NCBI GenBank assembly: GCA_902608415.1
Contig: CACLNZ010000006.1
Location: 1-62,793 of the forward strand
From: an uncultured PS1 clade bacterium
Lineage (GTDB): Bacteria > Pseudomonadota > Alphaproteobacteria > MED-G09
Length of the DNA: 62,793 nucleotides
Direction: 5' to 3'
Part shown: positions 38,648 through 49,972 of the stretch, piece by piece
How positions within the stretch are numbered: the stretch's first letter is position 1
How the letters are laid out: each line of letters opens with the position of its first letter
Position numbers and translations under genes: made by a program
The notes under the pieces: model-generated
What the model saw: only the letters and a program-made list of their open reading frames with translations
Database searches by the model: none
Told to the model about the DNA's origin: nothing

Positions 38648-40645
38648 ATGACTAACTGGGGTATTCTAGGCACTGGTAACATAGCTAAAATATTTGCATC
38701 AGCTATTAAAAAGACCGACAGATCAACTTTATTAGCCGTTGGAAGTCGATCAAAAGATTCTGCTGATTTATTTGCCTCAACTTATAATTGTATTGGTTTT
38801 GATAATTACCAAAAGCTTTTAGATGATAAAGATATTAATTCTATATATATCTCTACTCCTCATACATCACATTTTGAATTTTCTTATAAGGCATTAATGA
38901 GTGGTAAATCTGTTCTTTGTGAAAAGCCTCTTACAATGAATTCTTCAGAAGCAATGTTGTTATTTGACCTTGCTAAGAAAAAGCAATTACTTTTAATGGA
39001 AGCTTTTATGTATCGGATGCATCCTCAAACCGATAAAATTAGAGAAATTGTTCAAGAGAATTTCGATGGAAAAAAAATTGAAATAAAAGCAAGCTTTGGG
39101 TTTGAAGCTAATGTCAAAAAAGACCACCGATTACTTAATCCGAAACTTGGGGGTGGATCTATTTTAGATATCGGTTGCTACCCTTTATCTATGGCAAGAA
39201 TGATAGTTGGGTTAATAAACGGTAAAGAATTTATGGATCCAGAAGAATATGAAGTTCAATCTGAGATAAATGAACATGGAATTGATTTATCATCTCAAGC
39301 AAAAATAACTTTTTCAGATGGATCATTAGCTTATCTATCCTCATCAATAAAAGAAAATTTAGATAATTCTGTTGAGGTTACAGATGGAAAAAGAACTCTT
39401 TTAGTCAGAGATCCTTGGCATTGTGGTGAATATAAGAAGGATAATAACTCTTTAATTCTTAAAGAAGGTAATAAAAAGATTTTTGAAATAAATATAGATG
39501 CTATGGGTAAAATTTATATAAATGAGATCAATCATTTTGATGAATGTCTAAAAAATAACATTGAAAGCAAAAAAATATCTCATAAAGACTCATATGGTAA
39601 CGCTGTATGTCTAGATGAATGGAGAAGGCTTGCAGGTGTAAAATATGATTTTGATGAGCCTGAGAATAACTTATCATCCTTTAATAAATCTTTATTTAAT
39701 AATAAAGAAAATTTAATTCCCAAAATAAAAATTGAAGGTTTAGATAGTAAAGTTTCGAATTTGGTCTTCGGATGTGATAATCAGATAGATACAAATCATG
39801 CTTTTTCAATGTTTGATCACTTTTACTCGATTGGAGGAAATGTATTTGATACTGCATTTATTTATAATGATGGAAAAAGTGATGAGCATCTTGGTAGATG
39901 GATAAATTCTAGAAACTTAGAAAATGATGTTATTGTTCTAGGTAAAGGCGCTCACACGCCTCACTGTTATCCTGAAATAATTCGCGATCAGCTTCTCATG
40001 AGTTTATCTCGATTGAAAATAGACTGCATAGATATTTATTGCTTACATAGAGATAATCAAGATATTCCTGTTAAAGAGTTTATTGATGTCTTAAATGAAC
40101 TAAAGGATGAGGGATTAATAAAAATATTTGGCGCGTCTAATTGGTCTTTAAAGAGATTTCAGGAAGCTATTGATTATGCTGATAAGAGTAATAAAACTCC
40201 TTTTGAAGCATTGAGTAATAATTTTAGTTTAGCTCATATGATAGAGCCGGTCTGGCCAGGGTGTGAAAGCTCTTCAGATGAAGATTTTAGAAAATTTTTA
40301 AAGAAAAAAAATATTCCTTTGTTTCCTTGGTCAAGTCAAGCTAGAGGTTTTTTTCTAAAAGATACTTCAGAAAAAGAATCTTATCATCCTGCAGATCCAA
40401 ACTTAGATGAACAAAAAAGAGTATGGCATAGTGAAGAAAATTTAATGAAAAGAGATAGATGTTTTGCAATGGCTAAGGAAAAAGGATTTGAACCAATAGA
40501 GATTGCTCTGGCTTATGTTTTAAATCAAGATTTTCCAGTGTTTCCTCTGATTGGGCCTAGAAATTTTATAGAAACTGAAAGCTCTGTTAATTCTTTAAAA
40601 GTTCAACTGACCAAAGAGGAAATGCAATGGTTAGATTTAAATTAA
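38648..40645 (+). CDS. Gfo/Idh/MocA oxidoreductase - aldo/keto reductase fusion
   Basis: N-terminal WGILGTGNIA, CEKP, GGGSILDIGCY; C-terminal FDTAFIY, GKG, LHRD, GASNW, PWSSQARG. Confidence 0.85.
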   Translation: MTNWGILGTGNIAKIFASAIKKTDRSTLLAVGSRSKDSADLFASTYNCIGFDNYQKLLDDKDINSIYISTPHTSHFEFSYKALMSGKSVLCEKPLTMNSSEAMLLFDLAKKKQLLLMEAFMYRMHPQTDKIREIVQENFDGKKIEIKASFGFEANVKKDHRLLNPKLGGGSILDIGCYPLSMARMIVGLINGKEFMDPEEYEVQSEINEHGIDLSSQAKITFSDGSLAYLSSSIKENLDNSVEVTDGKRTLLVRDPWHCGEYKKDNNSLILKEGNKKIFEINIDAMGKIYINEINHFDECLKNNIESKKISHKDSYGNAVCLDEWRRLAGVKYDFDEPENNLSSFNKSLFNNKENLIPKIKIEGLDSKVSNLVFGCDNQIDTNHAFSMFDHFYSIGGNVFDTAFIYNDGKSDEHLGRWINSRNLENDVIVLGKGAHTPHCYPEIIRDQLLMSLSRLKIDCIDIYCLHRDNQDIPVKEFIDVLNELKDEGLIKIFGASNWSLKRFQEAIDYADKSNKTPFEALSNNFSLAHMIEPVWPGCESSSDEDFRKFLKKKNIPLFPWSSQARGFFLKDTSEKESYHPADPNLDEQKRVWHSEENLMKRDRCFAMAKEKGFEPIEIALAYVLNQDFPVFPLIGPRNFIETESSVNSLKVQLTKEEMQWLDLN

Positions 40646-40652
40646 TTTAGAC

Positions 40653-41537
40653 TTAAGCTATATTATAAATACCTTCTAAATCTCTTCCTTGCACAGTAAC
40701 TTCTTGATTATTTTCCATCCTTTTTAAATGAGCAAGGGTAGACATTGCTGCAGCGGGATGAAGCGATTTATCAACATCTTTATAAATCATCTTTACTATT
40801 TCTGAGATCTTATTATTTCCTTTTTTTATAGCATCAATAATCTGTTTTTCACGGTTTAGTCTATGAGATATATAGTCTGAGACTAACTTTTTAGGTTCAT
40901 CAATAATTGGACCGTGAGTTGGAAAAAACTTCTCTTCTCTTCGAGAAAGCAATTTTTCTAAAGAAATAATATAATCTTCCATATCGCCATCGGGGGGAAC
41001 AATAACTGTAGTAGACCAGCCCATTACATGATCGCCAGAGAATAAAATATTTTCATCAAGTAGGGCATAGCAAATATGGTTTGATGTATGACCAGGGGTA
41101 TGAATAGCTTCAATTGACCATTCATTGGTCTCTATTTTATCGCCATCTTTTAATTCTATATCGCCTTCAATATTTCGATCATAGCCCTCCTCGAAATCAT
41201 CTTGAGCAAGTTCATCATTACTTAAATTTTTATAATATATCTTTGCTCCAGTTTCAGATTTTAATTTTTTCGCAAGAGGTGAGTGATCATTATGGTTGTG
41301 AGTTAAAAGTATATGAGTAATTTCTTGTCCTGATGTTGCCTTCATTAATGCATTATAATGGTCATCATCAATTGGCCCTGGATCTATTACAGCTATATTT
41401 TTATTGCCTATGATATATGTACCTGTGCCAGTGAAAGTAAAACCACCTGGATTGTTAGCAATTACTCTCCTTACAAGTGGCGTTAATTGATCGCAGACAC
41501 CATATTCTACTGATTTTATAAATTTTTCTAACTGCAT
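40653..41537 (-). CDS. MBL-fold metallohydrolase (LACTB2-like)
   Basis: ANNPGGFTFTGTGTY, THNHNDH, TPGHTSNH, FSGDHVMG. Confidence 0.85.
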   Translation of the reverse strand: MQLEKFIKSVEYGVCDQLTPLVRRVIANNPGGFTFTGTGTYIIGNKNIAVIDPGPIDDDHYNALMKATSGQEITHILLTHNHNDHSPLAKKLKSETGAKIYYKNLSNDELAQDDFEEGYDRNIEGDIELKDGDKIETNEWSIEAIHTPGHTSNHICYALLDENILFSGDHVMGWSTTVIVPPDGDMEDYIISLEKLLSRREEKFFPTHGPIIDEPKKLVSDYISHRLNREKQIIDAIKKGNNKISEIVKMIYKDVDKSLHPAAAMSTLAHLKRMENNQEVTVQGRDLEGIYNIA

Positions 41538-41621
41538 TAGTTTAATGAATATTTCCCATAAAAAACAAAAACTGATAATAATCTTATAAGAATAACTTAA
41601 AGTAATAAATTAATAAATATT

Positions 41622-42998
41622 ATGAAATATATTTCTACAAGAGGAAAGGCTCCTGAGTTAGGTTTTGAAGATGTTCTTTTGTCTGGACTTGCAAATGATG
41701 GAGGTCTTTATATTCCAAAAGAATGGCCAAAGGTAGACTACAAAGAACTACCTACAACATCATATTCTGAACAGGCAGCATATGTTATCTATCCTTTTGT
41801 TAAAGACTTTTTAAGTTATGAAGAGTTAAATGATATTGCTAGTCAGGCTTATAGTCATTTTCCTTCGAAAGAGGCAATAGGGTTGAAAGAAGTTGAAAAA
41901 GGAAACTATTTATTAGAACTTTTTCATGGACCAACCCTTGCTTTTAAAGATTTTGCCATGCTTTTGTTAGCTCAATTTTTTGAAACTTCTTTAAGTAAGA
42001 AAAATAAATCAATAACCATATTAGGCGCTACTTCAGGAGATACTGGTAGTGCCGCTATTGAAGCCTTTAAAAATAATAAACATTGCACTGTTTTCATATT
42101 ATTTCCAAAAGGAAGAGTATCTGAAATACAAAGAAAACAAATGACAACTGTTGATAGCGCAAGTATTTATCCAATTGAAATTGACGGAACTTTTGATGAT
42201 TGTCAAAATCTTGTGAAACATCTATTCCAAAATCTTGAATTCAAAGAAGAGGTGAGTCTTGGTGCAATTAATTCAATAAATTGGGCGCGCGTAGCAGCCC
42301 AAATTGTTTACTATTTTTCAACATTTCAGCAATTACAATCAAATAGAGTTTCATTTTCAGTACCAACAGGAAATTTTGGAGATGTTATGGCTGGATGGGT
42401 TGCAAAAAAAATGGGGTTACCTATTGATAAATTAATTGTTGCAACAAATGATAACGATATTTTGGATCGAGCAATATCTAATGGCGATTACTTTCAAGAA
42501 GAAGTAAAAGCTACAACCTCTCCAAGTATGGATATTCAAATTTCAAGTAATTTTGAGAGGCTGTTATTTGAATCTTTAAATAGGGACTCAGAGAAATTAA
42601 GAAATTTATTTTTAGAACTAAAAGAAAACAACGGTTTTAGAATAGATAATGATACCCTTAACCATATTAAAAATGATTTTAAGTCAGGTAAAGCAAGTGA
42701 AAAAAAAGTGAAAGATACGATTTCAAAGATTTATAAAGCTTCTAATATAATTCTTGATCCACATACTGCAGTGGGATTTTATGCGTCTGCAAAAATAATA
42801 GATGCTGATGTGCCGATGGTTAATTTAGGAACAGCCCATCCTGCTAAGTTTTCTCAAGCAGTTATTGACGCAATCGGTTTTAAACCAGAAATTCCTGATA
42901 GACTAAAGAATATAATTAATAAAAAAGAGAAGTTTACTGAATTAGAGAATAATTCAGAAGCTTTAATAAGTTTTATAAGAAAGCACTCAAATGTCTAA
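41622..42998 (+). CDS. thrC: Threonine synthase
   Basis: MKYISTRG, ELFHGPTLAFKD (PLP Lys), ATSGDTG, NSINWAR, VPTGNFG, TAHPAKF. Confidence 0.97.
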   Translation: MKYISTRGKAPELGFEDVLLSGLANDGGLYIPKEWPKVDYKELPTTSYSEQAAYVIYPFVKDFLSYEELNDIASQAYSHFPSKEAIGLKEVEKGNYLLELFHGPTLAFKDFAMLLLAQFFETSLSKKNKSITILGATSGDTGSAAIEAFKNNKHCTVFILFPKGRVSEIQRKQMTTVDSASIYPIEIDGTFDDCQNLVKHLFQNLEFKEEVSLGAINSINWARVAAQIVYYFSTFQQLQSNRVSFSVPTGNFGDVMAGWVAKKMGLPIDKLIVATNDNDILDRAISNGDYFQEEVKATTSPSMDIQISSNFERLLFESLNRDSEKLRNLFLELKENNGFRIDNDTLNHIKNDFKSGKASEKKVKDTISKIYKASNIILDPHTAVGFYASAKIIDADVPMVNLGTAHPAKFSQAVIDAIGFKPEIPDRLKNIINKKEKFTELENNSEALISFIRKHSNV

Positions 42999-44187
42999 AC
43001 ATAAAAATATCATATTATTCTTATTTTTATTTTGCTTCTTTAGTACGCCTCTGTTGTCTCAAATTATTACAATCGACTCTCATATTGATATTCCTTTTGA
43101 TTATATGGAAAACCCTCAACATGATCCTGGCAAAATTACTGATATGCAGGTTGATTTAGCTAAAATGAAAAAGGGTGGTTTAGATTCTGGTTTTTTTGTT
43201 GTTTATGTTCCCCAAGGATCATTGGATACAGCGGGCTTTAAAAAAGCAAAGCTTCTTGCTGAAAAAAAATTTTTAGCAATTTCAAAAATGACTAAAACAT
43301 ATCCCAACCAAATTGGACTTGCTTTGGTACCAGAAGATATTATTCAATTAAAAAAAAATAACCTTTTATCAGCAGCAATTGGAATTGAAAATGGATATGT
43401 AATAGGTGAAGATTTATCATTGTTAGATCATTATTATTCTCTTGGAGCTCGATATATGACATTAACTCATATAGGTCATAATCAGATAGCAGACAGCTCA
43501 ATGCCAAGTAAAAGATTAAATGATAAAGAGGAATTGCATGGTGGCATTTCAGCTTTTGGAAAGAAAGCAATTAAAAGAATGAATAAGTTAGGAATGATGA
43601 TTGATATTAGTCATATTTCAGATAAAGCTTCACTTGAAGCAATAAAATTATCATCAGCGCCAGTCATTGCCTCTCATTCATGCGTAAAGTCAATTGCAGA
43701 TCACCCTAGAAATATATCAAACGAATTACTTTTTGCACTCAAGGAAAACGGAGGTGTTATTCAAATAACAGCATTTGCAAATTATGTTAAAGTTAACAAC
43801 GATAGATTCAGCTCTATTATCAGTCTTGGTAACAAGGTTGCAGAACTTTATGGTGATAAAAGTTTTAACCCGTCATTACACTCAAATAAAAAAGAATATC
43901 TTGAAGGAATAGAAAATATAAATGCAAAATTTCCAATGCCAGACATTGATGATTTTATAGATCATTTAGATTATGTTGTTGATCTCATAGGTATTGATTA
44001 TGTAGGTATTTCCTCTGACTTTGGAGGTGGAGGGGGTATCAGCGGATGGATGGATGCCTCAGAAACTAAATTATTAACTCTCAAGTTAAAAGAAAGAGGT
44101 TATTCACCCAAAGAAATTGAAAAAATTTGGGGCGGAAATATTCTTCGTGTTTGGAAGAAAGTTGAAAATATTGCTAGTAAAACTTAA
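42991..44187 (+). CDS. Membrane dipeptidase (peptidase M19), secreted
   Basis: IDSHID, GIENG, IDISH, IASHS, HPRN, SSDFGGG, WGGN.LRV. Confidence 0.9.
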   Translation: MSKHKNIILFLFLFCFFSTPLLSQIITIDSHIDIPFDYMENPQHDPGKITDMQVDLAKMKKGGLDSGFFVVYVPQGSLDTAGFKKAKLLAEKKFLAISKMTKTYPNQIGLALVPEDIIQLKKNNLLSAAIGIENGYVIGEDLSLLDHYYSLGARYMTLTHIGHNQIADSSMPSKRLNDKEELHGGISAFGKKAIKRMNKLGMMIDISHISDKASLEAIKLSSAPVIASHSCVKSIADHPRNISNELLFALKENGGVIQITAFANYVKVNNDRFSSIISLGNKVAELYGDKSFNPSLHSNKKEYLEGIENINAKFPMPDIDDFIDHLDYVVDLIGIDYVGISSDFGGGGGISGWMDASETKLLTLKLKERGYSPKEIEKIWGGNILRVWKKVENIASKT

Positions 44188-44747
44188 GCTATACCACTGT
44201 CATTTGAAAGATTATTTATATTAAACCCTATTTCTTCAATTGCTCTTTCCCACATGCTGTTATAATTGCCATCAAATATTAAATCTTTACCAGCGTTTGA
44301 GATTATCCAATCGTTTGATTTAAGTTCATTTTCTAGTTGTCCTGGAGACCAACCGCAACATCCGAGATATAAATTTACTCCAGAGTTAATTTCTTCCATA
44401 CATAATGAAGATAAAGAATCCTTAGATGAATTTAGAAAACAATTAGCGCCATTTATCTCAATGCTGTCTTCCAAAATTATTTCTGAATTATGCAATAAAA
44501 AGCCTTTATCTATTGAAACAGGACCACCATTAAAAATTGGAATATCAGTATTTGAACTTATTTGACTTATATTCATATCTTTGAGGACATCTTTTAAATT
44601 TATTTTATGCGGTCGATTTAATACAATTCCCATTGCACCGTCCGATGAAAAATTAATTAATAATATTACCGATTTAGAAAACCTAGGATCAGGCATTGAT
44701 TTCGAAGCAATTAATAAGCTTCCTTCAAATGTAATGTTTTTATCCAT
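44184..44747 (-). CDS. YqgE/AlgH family protein
   Basis: DPRFSKSVI, GAMGIVLNRP, GGPV, GWSPGQLENE. Confidence 0.9.
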   Translation of the reverse strand: MDKNITFEGSLLIASKSMPDPRFSKSVILLINFSSDGAMGIVLNRPHKINLKDVLKDMNISQISSNTDIPIFNGGPVSIDKGFLLHNSEIILEDSIEINGANCFLNSSKDSLSSLCMEEINSGVNLYLGCCGWSPGQLENELKSNDWIISNAGKDLIFDGNYNSMWERAIEEIGFNINNLSNDSGIA

Positions 44748-44847
44748 TTTTATTCAAAAACTAGTGACTAATTTATATCATAATATATATACTAAGAAAC
44801 CTGCATAAGCAGGCATAAAATCAATTTTAATTTATTAGGAGAAAATT

Positions 44848-45327
44848 ATGGCTATACAAGAAGGAGATAAAATTCCTGAAGCAACTGTCCATCATATGAC
44901 CGATGCAGGACCAACACCAATAACAACAAGTGAATTATTCTCAGGAAAGAGATCAGTTCTTTTCGCAGTTCCTGGTGCATTTACTCCAGGTTGCTCAATG
45001 CATCATTTGCCCGGTTTTATAGATAATTCTGATGAAATTCTAGGTAAAGGTGTAGATCAAATAGTTTGTTTATCAGTAAATGATCCTTTTGTGATGGCTG
45101 CATGGGGTAATGATAAGGGAACAGGCGATAAAATGCTTATGGTTGGTGATGGTAATGGCGAACTTACTGAAGCACTTGGCTTATCTATGGATGGCTCAGG
45201 TTTTGGTCTAGGTAAAAGATCATTAAGATATTCGATGATAATTGATGATAATTCTTTAACAAAACTTAATGTTGAAGAAAACCCAGGAGAAGTTGCTACT
45301 TCAAGTGCGGAAACTATTCTTAGTCAA

Positions 45328-45333
<6 letters not shown>
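44848..45333 (+). CDS. Peroxiredoxin (Prx5/type II)
   Basis: [31 protein letters not shown]. Confidence 0.92.
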
Positions 45334-46715
<1,382 letters not shown>

Positions 46716-47666
46716 TTATGACTCATTAAGTTCCCTGGGTATTTTAAATGTTATATTTTCATCCGCAACTGAGATTTTTTTAATCTCAACATTATATAGT
46801 TGATTCAATTCATTTATAAACTCTTGAATTAGTATATCTGGTGCACTTGCGCCAGCTGTTAATCCTATTTTTTGTTTTTTTTCGACTTCACTCCAATTAA
46901 CTTCGGATATATCTGATATTAAATGTGTTTCATCACAACCAGATCTTTTTCCAACTTCAACCAATCTTAATGAATTTGATGAATTATTAGCGCCAATGAC
47001 ATAAATTAAATCACATTTACTCGCAATAGACTTTATTGCTAATTGCCGATTTGTTGTTGCATAACAGATATCTTCTTTTGGAGGTTGAATTATATTTGGA
47101 AAGATACATTTTAACTCCTCTATAATTTCTTTGGTATCATCGACTGATAGGGTGGTTTGAGTAATTAAAGCTACCTTCTTGTGGTTAATCTTTTTTAATT
47201 CTTTAACATCTTGTTTATCCTGAATTAAAGTAATGGCATCTAGCGGAATTTGCCCCATTGTCCCTATAACCTCTGGATGACCTTCATGGCCTATAAGAAA
47301 TATATGAGCTCCATCCTTATAAAGTCTCTTTGCTTCATTATGAACCTTTATAACTAAAGGACATGTTGCATCAATAAATGGCATTTTTTTTGCCTTAGCT
47401 TCAATCAAAACTCTTTTAGGAATTCCATGAGCAGAAAAAATTACCCTAGAGCCTTTAGGGGCATCTTTAAGGTTTTCTATGAATATCACACCTTTAGATT
47501 CTAAATCTTTTATTACCCAAGGATTGTGAACAATTTCATGTCTTACAAAAATTGGTGGTCCATATTTTTCTAGTGATAGCTCAACAATATTTATTGCTCG
47601 GTCAACACCAGCACAAAATCCTCTCGGATGAGGTAGATATAATATTTTTTTTAATTTTAAGTTCAT
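46716..47666 (-). CDS. ispH: 4-hydroxy-3-methylbut-2-enyl diphosphate reductase
   Basis: PRGFCAGVDRAI, IVHN, DATCPLV, QTTLS, ICYATTNRQ, TAGASAP. Confidence 0.97.
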   Translation of the reverse strand: MNLKLKKILYLPHPRGFCAGVDRAINIVELSLEKYGPPIFVRHEIVHNPWVIKDLESKGVIFIENLKDAPKGSRVIFSAHGIPKRVLIEAKAKKMPFIDATCPLVIKVHNEAKRLYKDGAHIFLIGHEGHPEVIGTMGQIPLDAITLIQDKQDVKELKKINHKKVALITQTTLSVDDTKEIIEELKCIFPNIIQPPKEDICYATTNRQLAIKSIASKCDLIYVIGANNSSNSLRLVEVGKRSGCDETHLISDISEVNWSEVEKKQKIGLTAGASAPDILIQEFINELNQLYNVEIKKISVADENITFKIPRELNES

Positions 47667-47748
47667 TTTATGTCTGATTTAACTAATATATGTTTATTAT
47701 ACAAATTTATTTACTTATTTAAGAATTAATATTTTCTTGGAAAACAAT

Positions 47749-48201
47749 ATGTTTAAAAATTATCTTATAATATTTACTTTGATTTTTTTAGTTAGTTGCT
47801 CTGACTCTGCTTATTTTGATCCTGGCCCATGCCCGAGAGCAGCCATATTAAAGGGAAGTGAGACAAAAGAATTAGATAGATCTGATTTAGTCATTGAATT
47901 AAATAGAACAATAATGATTTGTGAATATAACCTAAGAAGGAAGAATATTAATTTTGATGTCGGTATTTTTGGTGATGTAATTAATAGTGATACAGCAACA
48001 ATAGAGAATTTAAGGATTAACCTCTTTATAGCATTTATTGGTCCAGATGACATAGTTATAGACAAGTGGTCAAAAATTATTCCTTTGAAACTTAAGAATA
48101 AAAAAATAACTTCCTTTTCAATTCCGATAGAGGGACTCAGATCAAAGATTGAAGAGGGCAGAACAGGTTCGTCATATAAAGTTCTTATTGGGCTTGAATA
48201 A
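47749..48201 (+). CDS. Putative lipoprotein
   Basis: Signal peptide with lipobox LVSC; CP motif; divergent from ispH. Confidence 0.6.
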   Translation: MFKNYLIIFTLIFLVSCSDSAYFDPGPCPRAAILKGSETKELDRSDLVIELNRTIMICEYNLRRKNINFDVGIFGDVINSDTATIENLRINLFIAFIGPDDIVIDKWSKIIPLKLKNKKITSFSIPIEGLRSKIEEGRTGSSYKVLIGLE

Positions 48202-48258
48202 CCAAATTGACAAAATCTTATATGTGTTTAATTATATAAAAAGAATCAGATGATTCTA

Positions 48259-48423
48259 GATATTTGCGGGAGAGACTTTTATAGCGCCGAAGGAGCAACC
48301 GCCCTCGGAAACTCTCAGGCAAAAGGACCGCAAATATCATAAAACTCTGGAAAGTAAGTTTAATACTTCTCCGACGGGGTAAGCAACCGAGGTTGTCAAA
48401 TCTCTCAGGGTCCAATGACAGAG
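48259..48423 (+). ncRNA. Tandem glycine riboswitch (two aptamers)
   Basis: Aptamer 1 GATATTTGCG-GGAGAG...CCGAAGGAGCAA...GAAACTCTCAGGCAAAAGGAC-CGCAAATATC; aptamer 2 CTCTGGAAAG...CCGACGGGGTAA...AATCTCTCAGG...ACAGAG; directly upstream of gcvT. Confidence 0.92.
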
Positions 48424-48462
48424 GAGGGCAGTTGGAAACAACTATTCTGTCATGGAGGATAT

Positions 48463-49599
48463 ATGTCTGAGGCTTATTGGGGTTTAGAACAAAATCTTAA
48501 AACTACCCCTTTGTATAAAATTCACAATAATAATAGAGCAAAATTAGTACCTTTTGCTGGCTATTATTTACCTATTCAATATGAAAATGGTATTATTGCT
48601 GAGCATAATCATACAAGAAATTCTGTGAGTATTTTTGATGTTTCACATATGGGACAGATTAAAATATCAGGACCAATGATTTATGATGCAATGGAAAAGA
48701 TACTTCCTATTTCTTTTTCCAAGATTGCACCTGGGCAAATTAAATATACACAATTTCTTAATAGTGAAGGTAAGATTATTGATGATTTAATGATCACTAG
48801 AGCTTTTGAGGAAGACCATGTCTGGCTTGTTGTTAATGCAGATTGCACAGACAAAGACCTTGATCATTTATACAGCAACCTAAATAAAACCTATAAAATT
48901 GAATTAATTGAAGATAGAACTTTAATAGCTTTGCAAGGGCCAAACTCATCAAATATTTTGAAGACTTTTTTTCAGGAAATTGATGATATGCCTTTTATGT
49001 CGGCTGATTGGTTTAATTATGATAACGAAAATTTTTTTATTTCTAGATGTGGATATACTGGTGAAGATGGTTTTGAAATATCAATAAAAGATAGATATTC
49101 AGAAAAATTTATAAGTAAACTTTTGCAAATTGATGGTGTTAAACTAGCTGGTTTGGGCGCTAGAAATTCTTTAAGAATGGAAGCAGGACTTTGTTTGTAT
49201 GGAAATGATATATCTTCTTCTGTATCACCAATCGAAGCTGGTTTGACATGGTCTATTTCAAAAGAAAGAATCGAAAATGGTGGTTTTATTGGTTATGAGC
49301 ACATCAAAAAAGATTTAAAAAATGGAGTCGAAAGGAAATTAGTTGGTATTAAGCCTTTGGGTAAACTTCCAGCCCGAGAAGGAACACAAATTTTTGATAA
49401 AAATGAAAAAACAATAGGCGAAATCACTAGTGGAGGTTATTCCCCTTCGCTCCAAGCACCAATTGCTATGGGATACATTAATTCAGATATTCTAAAAAAT
49501 GATTGTGAAGTCCTATTAAATGTTAGAGGTAATTTAATACCAGCAGAAATAACTTCACTTCCTTTTGTTGAGCATAAATATTTTAGAGGTAACAAATAA
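48463..49599 (+). CDS. gcvT: Glycine cleavage system aminomethyltransferase T
   Basis: FDVSHMGQ, SRCGYTGEDGFEI, GLGARNSLRMEAG; start set to ATG 48463 after GGAGG. Confidence 0.95.
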   Translation: MSEAYWGLEQNLKTTPLYKIHNNNRAKLVPFAGYYLPIQYENGIIAEHNHTRNSVSIFDVSHMGQIKISGPMIYDAMEKILPISFSKIAPGQIKYTQFLNSEGKIIDDLMITRAFEEDHVWLVVNADCTDKDLDHLYSNLNKTYKIELIEDRTLIALQGPNSSNILKTFFQEIDDMPFMSADWFNYDNENFFISRCGYTGEDGFEISIKDRYSEKFISKLLQIDGVKLAGLGARNSLRMEAGLCLYGNDISSSVSPIEAGLTWSISKERIENGGFIGYEHIKKDLKNGVERKLVGIKPLGKLPAREGTQIFDKNEKTIGEITSGGYSPSLQAPIAMGYINSDILKNDCEVLLNVRGNLIPAEITSLPFVEHKYFRGNK

Positions 49600-49600
49600 A

Positions 49601-49972
49601 ATGGCTGAGATTTATTTTACTAAGGATCATGAATGGATAAAAGTAGAAGATAATATTGGTGTTGTTGGTATTACTGTATATGCAAGTGAGCAACTGGGAG
49701 ATATTGTTTTTGTTGAACTGCCAGAAGAAGGTATAACTGCAGAAATTGGAAAAGATATTGCTGTTGTTGAATCTGTAAAAGCAGCAAGTGAAATATATTC
49801 ACCAGTTTCTGGCACTGTAATAAAATCCAATGAAGATCTAAACTCAACTCCAGAAATAGTAAATGAAGACCCTGTTGGTAAGGGTTGGTTTTATGAAATT
49901 AAAATTTCTAATAATGACGAGCTTTCAGGACTTATGTCTGAAGAAGAATATAAGAAACATATAGGTGATTAA
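49601..49972 (+). CDS. gcvH: Glycine cleavage system H protein
   Basis: DHEWI, LGDIVFVELP, VESVKAASE lipoyl Lys; start ATG 49601. Confidence 0.97.
   Translation: MAEIYFTKDHEWIKVEDNIGVVGITVYASEQLGDIVFVELPEEGITAEIGKDIAVVESVKAASEIYSPVSGTVIKSNEDLNSTPEIVNEDPVGKGWFYEIKISNNDELSGLMSEEEYKKHIGD

Noticed and set aside
48218-48415. 65-aa minus-strand ORF
   Set aside because: It is antisense to the glycine riboswitch; the higher GC of the structured RNA explains the open frame
48415-48462. N-terminal extension of GcvT in the ORF track
   Set aside because: It overlaps aptamer 2 and the expression platform; GGAGG precedes ATG 48463
49565-49600. TTG-start extension of GcvH
   Set aside because: It overlaps gcvT; ATG 49601 gives a normal GcvH N-terminus
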